Origin: Scenedesmus sp. PABB004
Lineage: Eukaryota
Direction: 5' to 3'
DNA: 64,000 nt
NCBI GenBank assembly: GCA_014905635.1
Contig: JABVCE010000002.1
Span: 2,542,001 to 2,606,000, forward strand
Part shown: positions 47,958 through 59,534 of the stretch, in pieces
Layout of the letters: each line of letters starts with the position of its first letter
Numbering within the stretch: position 1 is the stretch's first letter
Program-made: the position numbers and the translations under genes
The notes under the pieces: generated by a model
What the model was told of the DNA's origin: nothing
What the model saw: the letters and a program-made list of their open reading frames with translations, nothing else
Database searches by the model: none

Positions 47958-49045
47958 TGTGTGTGACATGTGTGTGTGAGTGTACACTCTAGGGGCGCGC
48001 GGGTGAGGTGCGCTGCGGGTGGGCGGGACCGATCAACACGCGCTGGTCATGCTGGCCATGCGGGCCCCCGCGGCGCGGCGGTGCGGCGCTCGCGCCTGGA
48101 ACGAGTCTGGCGCGCGCCAGAAGAACTCTGGCGTGTCGAGCACGCTGCTCAGCAGGTTGACGGCGGCCTTCTGGATGAACACCTTGCCCTGGGGGGTCGA
48201 GGGGGGGGGGGGGGGGAGGGCGGGAGGGTCGCCAATCGAGGCGGCGCGACCAAGGGCGTACACAGTCGCACGCGCAGAAACACACACAGTCGCACGCACG
48301 GTGACACACACAGTCACGCACACAGCCACACACAGTCAAACACACAGTGTCACACGCACGCATCAGCGCCGCGCACCATGAGCTTGGCGATCGTGGCCGA
48401 CGCGAGCGCGACCTTGCCGGTCGCGGCGAGCGACTCTGGGAGGTGCTTGGTGTCGAGCACCATCGCCGACACGCGGCGCTCGTGCAGGGAGAGCTTGGTG
48501 GACTGCGCGAGCGCGTAGCTGATGGCCAGCTTGACCTGTCGCAAGGTGTGGGTGTGTGTGTGTGTGTGGGGGGGGGGGCAGAGAGGGAGAGCGGCGGCGG
48601 GCGGCGGCGCGCGGGACGCGCGGAGCGCCGCGCGCGCCTGGTGGTCCTTGGCGGCCTTGCGGTGCAGCGTGACGGTGTCGTTCTGGATGTGGGGCTTCTC
48701 CAGGCTGCTGTAGTTGAACTCAAACTGGAGAGGGGACGGCGGGGGCGGCAGGGCGGGGCAAGGGGGTGAATGATGGCCGCGCGCCCGCTCGCAAGCCGCC
48801 CGCCGCGCGCGCCGCCGCGCCGCAAGATCCCGACCCCACACACATCCACACCACCCACACACACCGCCCTGCCCGCGCACCTCGTCGACCTCCACGTCCT
48901 CCGGCGGCACCGGCTGGTGCGCCGCCGCGGCGGCAAGGCTCGCGACGACCGCGGCCTCCTGGCCCGAGTCCAGGCCCCAGCAGGCGACGACGCCGTAGTC
49001 AAAGAAAAAGAGGTCGCCCCCGGGCGCGTCGCCAGCGGCTGGCGG

Positions 49046-49104
<59 letters not shown>

Positions 49105-50356
49105 TGGGCGTGGGCGGGCGCGTGGGCGTGAGTGGGTGACTTGTGGCACGGCGGAGCGGGGCGCCGCACGCGCACCCGCCCACCCACGCCCACACACACC
49201 ACCACCGCCATGCCCACACCCCCCACAGGCCCACCCACCCGCAAAGAACTCCACGTAGAAGACGTCTGGGTAGCTCTTGATGGCAGACGCCGGGAACGAC
49301 GCGCGCAGCACCTGGCGGTGCGCGGCAAACCGGCGGCGCGGTGGTGCGCGGCGGCGTGCGCGGCGGGGTCAGGCGGGCAGGCGGGGCGGCGCGCGCGTGC
49401 GCGCCCGCTGCCGGGCGCACGGGCACAGCGCGCACCGCGCGCAGCCGCACGCTGCGCACAGCACGCTCCACACGCTCCGCTCTCTCCGCGCACGCTCACG
49501 CGCAGCGCCGCGCGGCCGCGCAGCACCGCCGCGCCGCAAGCCACATGCGCCGCACCTCGTCGAGCTTCTTTCGGTTGAAGCTGTCGGCGGGGCAGTAGAG
49601 CGTGATGCGCCCCCGGCTGCCCCGCCCGCAGCGCGGCGCATCAAGGTCGGAGAACAGCCCTGGCCGGGCGCACGCGGCGGCGGCGGCGGAGGACGGGGTG
49701 ACTGGTCGGGCGGCGCGGCGCAGAGGGGCGGCGGGCGGCGGCGGGTGGTGGCGAGCCGCACCCGGCGTGATGGTGAGCGCCGAAAAGTCGTCGGCGCCCG
49801 CCAGCGACGGCAGCGACTCTGCGGCGGCGCGGCGCGGCGCGTCGGCGGCGGCGGGCCCGCCCCGCCCGCCCCGCCGCGGTGCGGCTGGCACACCCCTACC
49901 GCGCGGCGCGGCGCACCCGGCGAGGTGCCCTCCAGCGGCAGCGCCGCCAGCGCCGCGGCCGCGGCGTCCTCGTCCTCGTCCTCGTCCTCGGGCAGCGGCA
50001 CCCACCTGCGGCCGGCGCGCCGGGCGTCAGCGCCGTCGGCCGCCCGCCGCCGACCGAGGTGCGCCCCTCCCCTCCCCGCTCCCTCGGCGCGGCGCGCCGC
50101 CGCCGCACTTGTCTCGCTGCCGCGCGGAGCTCGCCGCCGCCGCGGCCTGGCCGGAGAGGCTGAGCAGCTGCCGGTTGGCGCCGCGGCCGACGGGCGCGAG
50201 GCCGTGCCGCGCGCGCGCCTCCGGCCCCGGGCTCGTCGTCGGCCGCCGCCGCCCTGCCATGAGCTGCTGCGGCTCGTGGTTGGGCGGGCTGGTGGAGAGC
50301 AGCGGCTGGAGCGGCCCGTCCCGCTGCAGGCTGCGGCGGTGCTGCTTGCCGCTCAA
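47144..50356 (-). CDS. RMD1/DUF155 family protein, tandem copy A (ATG of copy B is TTG here; next in-frame ATG at 50260)
   Basis: DLFFFDYGVVACWG, KLAISYALAQSTKL, VNLLSSVLDTPEFFW, YLELDQRVEVLNARF, LEWIVIWLIVIE. Confidence 0.88.
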
Positions 50357-50891
50357 CGCGCCGCACGACGCAGCGCGGCGCCCGCCGGCGGCGCCCGCGC
50401 AGCGACGCGGTCTCGCGGTCCGGGGGGAGAGCGGCGTGGCGAGGCCGGCGCAGCGCTGCGGCGGCGCAGGCACGCGGGCGGCAGCAGCGGCAGCAGCGAG
50501 GGCTGCGGCGGCGCGCGGAAGTGTGGCCCGCCGGGGCGGCGTTACCTGCACAACCGCGCCCGAAACGGCGGCCCCGAGAGCCTGGACGGCGCGCTCGCCG
50601 CGGCCGCCGGGGGTGAGGGCGGCGGCGCGCGCGTGGTGCCGCCGGCGCGCGGTGCCGCCCGCGCGGCGCGCGCCAGGCTGCCGCCCAGCCGTCCTGGGTG
50701 CTCGTTGCCGGCCAGCGCCCGGCGAGGCCCGCACCCCTCGGCGCGCGGCCGGTGTCCGCCCGGTGCCGCCGCCGCGGGCGGCGCCGGGTCGCGCCCAGCA
50801 CGGCGCCCGGGCGACCTCAACCCGCTGCGCCGCGGCGCGCGTGCGGCTGCTGCTGGGCGCTGCGCTCGCTGCCGTTGCGGGCCTGGTCTCT

Positions 50892-52598
50892 TCAGTGCTG
50901 TCCGACCAGGCCAAAGAGGCCCATCACCTCCAGCAGCCCCACCACCACCTCAATCACGATCAACCTGGAGTGGCGCCGGCAGCAGCGGGCAGCAGCGGCA
51001 GGCGGCGGCAGCGGCAGGCGGCGCGATCAGGGGCGGCGCGGTCGGCTGGGCGCGCGCGGCGGCGTGTGTGGGTGTGTGTGTGTGTGGGGGGGGTGCTGTC
51101 CCTTGCGCCGCACCAGATAACGATCCACTCCTGCAGGGCAGGGCGTGCGTGGGAACGAAAGCAGAGGGTGACGACGGCGGCGGCGGCAGGGGCGACGGCG
51201 GCAGGGGGCGGCGGCGGGCGCTGGGCGAGGGCGCCCGCGCGCGCGCTGCTGCCGGGGCGCCCCCGCTCCTCTACGCCGCACCAGGCGCGCGGCGTGGTGG
51301 TTGTTCTCGTGGTCCCGCAGCATGTCCAGCATCTCCTGCAGCACCTGGCGGGGCAGGGCAGCACGTGGTGGGCGGGGCACCACCACCACGCCGCCATTCC
51401 CCCCCCCCCCCCCCCTCCTCCTTGATGGGTTGCCGGCCTGCCTGCCTGCCTCCCCGCCTCACCGTGAAGCGCGCGTTAAGCACCTCCACGCGCTGGTCGA
51501 GCTCCAGGTACTCGCAGATGCGCTCGTACAGCGCCTGGAGAGGGTTTAAGGGTTTAAGGGTTCAAGGGGTTCGGGTTAGTGTGTGTGGGTGTGGATGTGG
51601 GTGTGTGACGCGGCGCGGCGCGGCGGTGCGGCGGCGGTGCGGCGCGCGCGCCTGGAACGAGTCTGGCGCGCGCCAGAAGAATTCTGGCGTGTCGAGCACG
51701 CTGCTCAGCAGGTTGACGGCGGCCTTCTGGATGAACACCTTGCCCTGGGGGGTCGAGGGGGGGGGGGGGGAGGGCGGGAGGGTCGCCAATCGAGGCGGCG
51801 CGACCAAGGGCGTACACAGTCGCACGCGCAGAAACACACACAGTCGCACGCACGGTGACACACACAGTCACGCACACAGCCACACACAGTCAAACACACA
51901 GTGTCACACGCACGCATCAGCGCCGCGTACCATGAGCTTGGCGATCGTGGCCGACGCGAGCGCGACCTTGCCGGTCGCGGCGAGCGACTCTGGGAGGTGC
52001 TTGGTGTCGAGCACCATCGCCGACACGCGGCGCTCGTGCAGGGAGAGCTTGGTGGACTGCGCGAGCGCGTAGCTGATGGCCAGCTTGACCTGTCGCAAGG
52101 TGTGGGTGTGTGTGTGTGTGTGGGGGGGGGGGCAGAGAGGGAGAGCGGCGGCGGGCGGCGGCGCGCGGGACGCGCGGAGCGCCGCGCGCGCCTGGTGGTC
52201 CTTGGCGGCCTTGCGGTGCAGCGTGACGGTGTCGTTCTGGATGTGGGGCTTCTCCAGGCTGCTGTAGTTGAACTCAAACTGGAGAGGGGACGGCGGGGGC
52301 GGCAGGGCGGGGCAAGGGGGTGAATGATGGCCGCGCGCCCGCTCGCAAGCCGCCCGCCGTGCGCGCCGCCGCGCCGCAAGATCCCGACCCCACACACATC
52401 CACACCACCCACACACACCGCCCTGCCCGCGCACCTCGTCGACCTCCACGTCCTCCGGCGGCACCGGCTGGTGCGCCGCCGCGGCGGCAAGGCTCGCGAC
52501 GACCGCGGCCTCCTGGCCCGAGTCCAGGCCCCAGCAGGCGACGACGCCGTAGTCAAAGAAAAAGAGGTCGCCCCGGGCGCGTCGCCAGCGGCTGGCGG

Positions 52599-52669
<71 letters not shown>

Positions 52670-53976
52670 TGGGCGTGGGCGGGCGCGTGGGCGTGAGTGG
52701 GTGACTTGTGGCACGGCGGAGCGGGGCGCCCCACGCGCACCCGCCCACCCACGCCCACACACACCACCACCGCCATGCCCACACCCCCCACAGGCCCACC
52801 CACCCGCAAAGAACTCCACGTAGAAGACGTCTGGGTAGCTCTTGATGGCAGACGCGGGGAACGACGCGCGCAGCACCTGGCGGCGCGCGGCAGACCGGCG
52901 GCGCGCGGCGCGGTGCGCGGCGGTATATACATATATGCGGCAGCGTGCGCAGCGGGGTCAGGGGAGCAGGCGGGGCGGCGCGCGCGTGCACGCCCGCTGC
53001 CGGGCGCGCGGGCACAGCGCGCACCGCGCGCAGCCGCACGCTGCGCACAGCACGCTCCACACGCTCCACTCTCTCTGCACACGCTCCACGCGCAGCGCCG
53101 CGCGGCCGCGCAGCACCGCCGAACCGCACGCCACATGCGCCGCACCTCGTCGAGCTTCTTTCGGTTGAAGCTGTCGGCGGGGCAGTAGAGCGTGATGCGC
53201 CCCCGGCTGCCCCGCCCGCCGCGCGGCGCATCAAGGTCGGAGAACAGCCCTGGCCGGGCGCAGGCGGCGGCGGCGGAGGACGGGGTGACTGGTCGGGCGG
53301 CGCGGCGCAGAGGGGCGGCGGCGGCGGTCGGCGGGCGGCGGGTGGCGGCGGCGGCGGTCGGCGGGCGGCGGGTGGCGGCGGCGCACCCGGCGTGATGGTG
53401 AGCGCCGAAAAGTCGTCGGCGCCCGCCAGCGACGGCAGCGACTCTGCGGCGGCGCGGCGCGGCGCGTCGGCAGCGGCGGGCCCGCCCCGCCCGCCCCGCC
53501 GCGGTGCGGCTGGCACACCCCTCCCGCGTGGCGCGGCGCACCCGGCGAGGTGCCCTCGAGCGGCAGCGCCGCCAGCGCCGCGGCCGCGGCGTCCTCGTCC
53601 TCGTCCTCAGGCAGCGGCACCCACCTGTGGCCGGCGCGCGCGGCACGCGTCAGCGCTGTCAGCCGCCCGCTGCCGCCCGCCGCCCGGCGCGCCCGCTCCC
53701 GCCCCGCTCCCGCGGCGCGCCGCCGCCGCACTTGTCTCGCTGCCGCGCGGAGCTCGCCGCCGCCGCGGCCTGGCCGGAGAGGCTGAGCAGCTGCCGGTTG
53801 GCGCCGCGGCCGACGGGCGCGAGGCCGTGCCGCGCGCGCGCCTCCGGCCCCGGGCTCGTCGTCGGCCGCCGCCGCCCTGCCATGAGCTGCGGCTCGTTGC
53901 TGGGCGGGCTGGTGGAGAGCAGCGGCTGGAGCGGGCCGTCCCGCTGCAGGCTGCGGCGGTGCTGCTTGCCGCTCAT
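50892..53976 (-). CDS. RMD1/DUF155 family protein, tandem copy B (apparent 1-nt deletion near 52572)
   Basis: Same exon structure and motifs as copy A, offset ~3.55 kb; starts MSGKQHRR. Confidence 0.88.
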
Positions 53977-54431
53977 CCCCCCGCACGACGCGGCGCCCGC
54001 CGGCGGCGCCCGAGCAGCGACGCGGTCCCACGGTCCGGCGCGCGCGCAGCGGGGCGAGGCCGGCGCGGCGCTGCAGCGGCGCAGGCGCGCGGGCGGCAGC
54101 AGCGGCGTGCGGCTGCGGTGGCGCGTGCGCAAGTGTGGCGGGGCGGCGTGCGATCCCGGACTGCGTCGGGGCGCCGGGCGGTGGCGGGGATGACGCCGGC
54201 GGGAGGGAGGGGCCTTGTTCTGGCAGCGGCGGCGGCATATGTGCAGGCGCTGCCGCTGTCGCGCCCGCAAGCCCTGGCGCGTTGCCTCTGCACTCTGGGA
54301 TCGGGCCCACCGCGTCGCCGCCTTCGGGAAGCACCGTCGCGACTGCTGCGCGACGCCCACCAGCGCGCACGGCCACGGGAGCAGGTCGATCGCTTCGCGT
54401 CGTCGCCCTCGCCCGTCGCCAGCTCGACGCC

Positions 54432-57023
54432 ATGCGGGTGCGGGACGGGGACGTCAGGCGCGCCGCCATGCGCGCCGGGGCGCTGCGGCCGCGGCCTCAC
54501 GCCCCCGCCCGCCGCCGCAGCGCGCCGCGGCACGCCTGCTGCTGCGCTACGCGGCGCGGCCGCCGGCGCCGCCGGCAGCAGAGGCGGGCTGGCCCGCGGC
54601 CGCAGCGTCCCTGGACAGCGGCCTGGCAAGGACACCAGCCGCGCGGCAGCCGGGCCAGCCGGCGGCCCCGCGGTGCGCTGGCGAGGAGGAGCAGCCGCAG
54701 CACCCGGCGTGGCGGCGCCGCGCGGCGCTGCCGGGGGCGGCCGACGCGGCGTCCTGGCGCGGCTTTGGCAGCAGCACGGCGCCGCCCGACCACGCCGACG
54801 GCGCCGGCGGCGGCAGCAGCGACGCCGGCGGCGGCGCCGGCGGGGGCGAGGGAGCGACGACGCTGCAGGTGCGCGCGGCCGTCCCTGGCAGGCGGCGGCG
54901 GCGGGGGCGCAGGTGGCCCAGGCGCGGCGGGAGCCAGCAGCAGCGGCGGTGGCCTCACCCCGCCGCCGCGCCCGCGTGACGCGCCGCGCCAGGCGTCCAT
55001 GGACAAGCTGGTTGACACGGCGGTGGCGCTGGTGGAGGAGGGCAAGCTGCAGCAGGCGGTGCAGGTGCTGCAGCAGGGCATTGAGCTGCTGACCTCGGCG
55101 TTCCCCGGCAGGTGCGCGCCGCCGGCAGCCGCCGCCGCAGTCGCTGCCGCCATGCCGCCGCCGCGATGCCGCCGTGCCGCGCGACGGCGCCGCCGCCCAC
55201 GCCCGCCGCAGCCCGGAGCTGGGCGAGCTTCACAACCAGGCCGCGCTGCTGCTGCTGTTTGGGCACCAGCACGACGCGGCGGCGCAGCACGCGAGCGACG
55301 CGCTGGCGCTGACGGAGAAGGCCTTTGGCCCGACCCACCCGCTCACGGGGCACCGCCTGCTGCGCCTCGGGTCGATCAGGTGCGCGCGTGTGTGGGCGGG
55401 AGGGAGGGCGCGGCGGGCGCGGCGCCCTCCCGGCTCGCAGCGGCGCAGCCGCCGCCGCCGCCGACGGCGCCGCCGCCGCCGCCGCGGCAGGGTGGCGGCG
55501 GGGCAGATGCAGGAGGCGCAGCCGCTGCTCGCGGCCGCCGCCGACATGCTGTCGGCGCAGCGCGAGGTGCGGCGCGGCGCAGAGGGCGCCGCCGACGCGG
55601 CACTGCCGACCGCCGACGCGGCGCGCCGCGCGTTGCCGCCCCCTCCCCTCCCCTCCCCGCCCCGCCCCGCCCCGCAGGACCCCAGCCTGAGTGAGGCGCT
55701 CTTCTATCTGCACCTGCTCGCCCTCGCCGCCGCCGACAGCCCCGCCGCCGTCGCGGCCGTGACGCCGGGGCTGTCGGACGCGCTCAAGCACCTTGTGGCC
55801 ACGCTCGGTGCGGCGCGGCGGGGCCCCCGCGGGGCCCGCGCGGCCCGCCCGCGTGCGCCGCCGCCGCGCCCGGCCGCCGTCGCATGAGCCCGCCGCACCG
55901 CCGCCGCCGCGGCTGCGCGTGTTGTGCCGGCCGCCGGCAGGCCCCGAGTCTATGATCGTGCGCCTCGCGCTCTCGGCGCACAGCCGCCTCGTCGGCGCGG
56001 CGCTCGACGGCGGCCTGCCGCAGGGCGAGGCGGCGTTCAAGCAGCACATCGCCCTGCAGGCGCGCGCCACCGCCACTGCGCGTGCTGCGCAGCCCGCGCC
56101 GCCGCCGGCCTGCCGACGCCGCCGGCCTGCTGACGCCGCCGCCGGCGTGCTGACGCCGCCGCGCGCTGCGCGTCCCGCGTGCGCGCAGGAGGTGCAGGAC
56201 CCCGGCGGGCCTGAGCTCGGCCTCAGCCTGTACCAGCTGGCGACCACCTACTACGCGCACGACCTGCTGCATGACGCGGGGCCCGCGCTGCAGCGCGGCG
56301 CGGCGCTGCTGCGCGGCCACTACCCGCCAGACCACGACCTGGTGCGCGGCCGCAGTGCGCGGCGGGGCCGCGGTGTTGAGGGGCCGGTGTTGAGGGGCCG
56401 GCGGCGGCGGGGCGTCCCACGGGGCCCGAGGCGGCCGGCGGCACGCGCGCTGCCGGCGCGGGCGGCGCCGGCACGGGCCGCCCTCCCTGCTTCCATCCGT
56501 CCCCACACGCGCGCGCGCGTGCACGCGGCGCAGGTGATCCTGTGCAAGCACCGCCTCGGCATGATCGCCGCCGCGGGGCGCGACCACCGCGCCGCGACGC
56601 AGCTGCTGGGCGAGACGCGCGCACACTACGCCGCGCAGCAGCCGGGGCACCCACTCGCGCACGAGGCGGAGCTGGGGCTCGCGATGGCGCGGTGCGGCGC
56701 CGCACGCAGGCTGCGCGGCGGCGCGCCTGCCGCCGCTGCACATGCCGCCCTGCCTGCGCCGCCGCCGCTGGCGCCACTTTTGCCAACTTCTTGCCGCCAC
56801 CACCTGTTTGCCGCCGCCGCCGCCGCCGCCCAGGCTCAAGGCGCTCGACCCGCGCACGCCCGCAGACGCGCGCAAGGCGGCGGTGGAGACGGGGCTCGCT
56901 GAGATGCGCGCGGCGCTCGCGGGCATGGCGGGCGTGCTGGGCACGGAGCACCTGCTGGTCAGCGGCGGCAGCCGCTACCTGGCGCAGCTGGGGGTCATGA
57001 TGGGCGGCGCGGCGCCGGAGTGA
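54432..57023 (+). CDS. TPR-repeat (kinesin light chain-like) protein, probably organelle-targeted
   Basis: Helical repeats with FGPTHP, YPPDHD, GHPLA and VLGTEH turn motifs. A 6-nt first coding exon splices to RAAARLLLRYAAR. Confidence 0.75.
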
Positions 57024-57201
57024 GGGGCCGGCGGGCGGCGAGACCGTGCCGTGCTGCGCAGCTGTCGAGCCGCGTGTGACGCCGCGGTGACTGCTTCTAA
57101 GCAGGCGCCCGCCCGCCCGCCCGGCGCCGCCACTCCCAGCCCAGCCGCACCGCCGCCGGCACACCGTCTCTCTCTCTCTCTCGGCCGGCCACGCAGCAGC
57201 C

Positions 57202-59234
57202 ATGGCGCTCCCCGTGACCTCAGTTCTCTGGGCGGCGCCTGGCGGCGCGGTGAACGACCGCGCCGTGGCTCCTGAGGACTTCGCCGTGTCCACGACGGGC
57301 ACCGTCAGCGCAGCAGAACTTGCGGATGGGGAGGTCCTCGTCGAGCTGCTGTGAGCGGCGCGCGGCACTGCGGCACCCGCCGGCGCCGCTGCTGCTCGCC
57401 GCTGCGGTGACGCCGCCGTTCACGCCGCCCCGTGCGTCCCCCGCCCGCAGCTACCTGTCTGTTGACCCGTACATGCGCGGCCGCATGCGGCACATGAAGG
57501 TGCCGGCCGCGGCGGCAGCGGCCGCTGCTGCGTAGCCGCGGCGGCACCACCGGCCGCCCCGCGCTCACGCGCCCGGCGCCCCGTGCGCCCGCCGCCGCCG
57601 CCGGCGCCAGTCTCACTACTTTGTGGGTCCGTTTGAGGCCGGGCAGCCGATCACGAGCGGCGCGCTGGGGCTGGTCAAGGTGTCCCGCGCGGCCGGCTTT
57701 GCAGCCGGCGACGTGCTCACCGGTATGATGCCCTGGTCGTCGGCCTTTGTGCTGCGCCCCGACGCCCAGGTGCGCGCGCGGCACCACAATTGTACAAGGC
57801 CGCGGCAGACGGGCCCAGCCGGCCGCGCCCGCCCCGCCGGCGGCGGCCGAGCGGCGCGGTGCGCGGTCGGCACGGGCGCAGGCGATGGTCTCCAAGCTCG
57901 ACCCGGGCCTGCTGGGCAAGGTGCCGCTCAGCTACTTCCTGGGCGTCCTGGGAATGCCAGGCATGACCGCGTACTGCAGGTGTGGCCGCGGCGCGCGGGC
58001 CGGGCGGCAGGCCAGACGGGCGCGCGGGCGGGCGGGCGGGCGGGCGGGCGGGCACGGGCGGGCGTTGGCGCGAGCTGCCCCACGGCGACCGCGGCGGAGC
58101 GCGCGCGGCGTCCCGAGTCCGCGGCGCGCCGCGACCTGACCCTGCTGCCGCCGCTCGCAGCCTGAAGAAGATCGCCGCGCCCAAGGCGGGCGAGGTCGCG
58201 TTTGTGAGCGGCGCCGCGGGCGCGGTCGGCCTGGTCGCGGGGCAGCTGCTCAAGCGCCTGCACGGCTGCACCGTCATCGGCAGCGCCGGCAGCGACGACA
58301 AGGCGCGCGCTCGCCGCGGGCGGCGGGCAGGGGGCGGGCGGGCGGGCGGCCGGCTGGCGCGGCCGGCCCAGCTTGTGTGCCCAGCGCGGCCACGCACCGC
58401 CGCCGTTGCCGCGGCTGCGCGCAGGTCGCGCTGCTGCGCCGGCTGGGGTTTGACCACGCGTTCAACTACAAGACCACCGACACGTCGTCCGCGCTGGCCG
58501 CCGCCGCGCCGGATGGCATTGACATTTATTTCGACAACGTGGGCGGCAAGGTGAGGTCACGGCGCGTGGCGCGTGTGCGCCGCGCTGGGCTGGGCCGGCC
58601 ACGCGCGTGCTGGGGCGCCCGCCGCCGGCCCTCACGGCGCCTGCGCTGTGCGCACGGCCGCAGACGCTGGAGACGGTGCTGGACCACGCGCGCAACCACG
58701 CGCGCATCGTCGCCTGCGGCATGATCAGCCAGGTGGGCGCCGGCGCGCGCTGCTGCGGCCGCTGCGGCCGCTGCCGGCGCCCTGCGCCGACGCGCGGCCG
58801 CCCGCTCTCGCGCCCCGCCGCCTGCAGTACGACGCGCCCGAGGAGCAGCGGTACGGCGTCAGAAACCTCTTCCAGGCGCGTACGGGCAGGGCAGCCTCGG
58901 GCGCCGCGGCGCGCGCGCCCCCTCCCTGCGTCAGCCTGGCCCACGCCGCGCTGCCCGCCGCCGCCCGGCGGCTTCGCAGGTGATCACCAAGCGCATCACG
59001 ATGCAGGGCTTTATTGTGAGTGACTGGATGGCCGAGATGGGGCCCGAGTTCAGCGAGACCATGGGCGCCCTCGTGCGCGACGGGCGCGTGGTCGCGGTGG
59101 AGCACGTCACGCGCGGCCTGCCCAACGCGGGGCGCGCGTTTGTGGAGATGATGGCCGGCGGCAACGTCGGCAAGGCGGTCGTCGCGGTCGCGGAGGTCGA
59201 CCCCTTCCCCGTGGCCGACGGCGCCGCGGCGTGA
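57202..59234 (+). CDS. NADP-dependent alkenal double-bond reductase / PTGR-like MDR oxidoreductase
   Basis: YLSVDPYMRGRM, LGMPGMTAY, VSGAAGAVG, GSAGSDDK, FDHAFNYK, GIDIYFDNVGG, CGMISQY, GGNVGKAVV. Confidence 0.95.
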
Positions 59235-59534
59235 GCGGCGCGCGGCGTGAGGTGGGCGGCGTGAGCGGTGCGCGGCGAGGCCGGGCGGCGCTGGCGCGAG
59301 CGCGGCGGCGCGCGGTCAGCCGGCCGCGGAGTTGACCTTGGCAGACGCGGGGCGGCGCAGAGAGGTTGCAACTCGTTGCCAGCCCTCGGCGCCGGCGCGC
59401 AACTCACTCGCTCTCGCTCTCGCCCGCGTTCTCGAGCGCTGTCAAGCCGCCGCCGCTGCTGCTCTACACACCCGCGGGCCCGCGCCTACTGTACACAGCC
59501 TCGCGCGGCGGGCGCGCGCACGCGGCAGCCGCTG

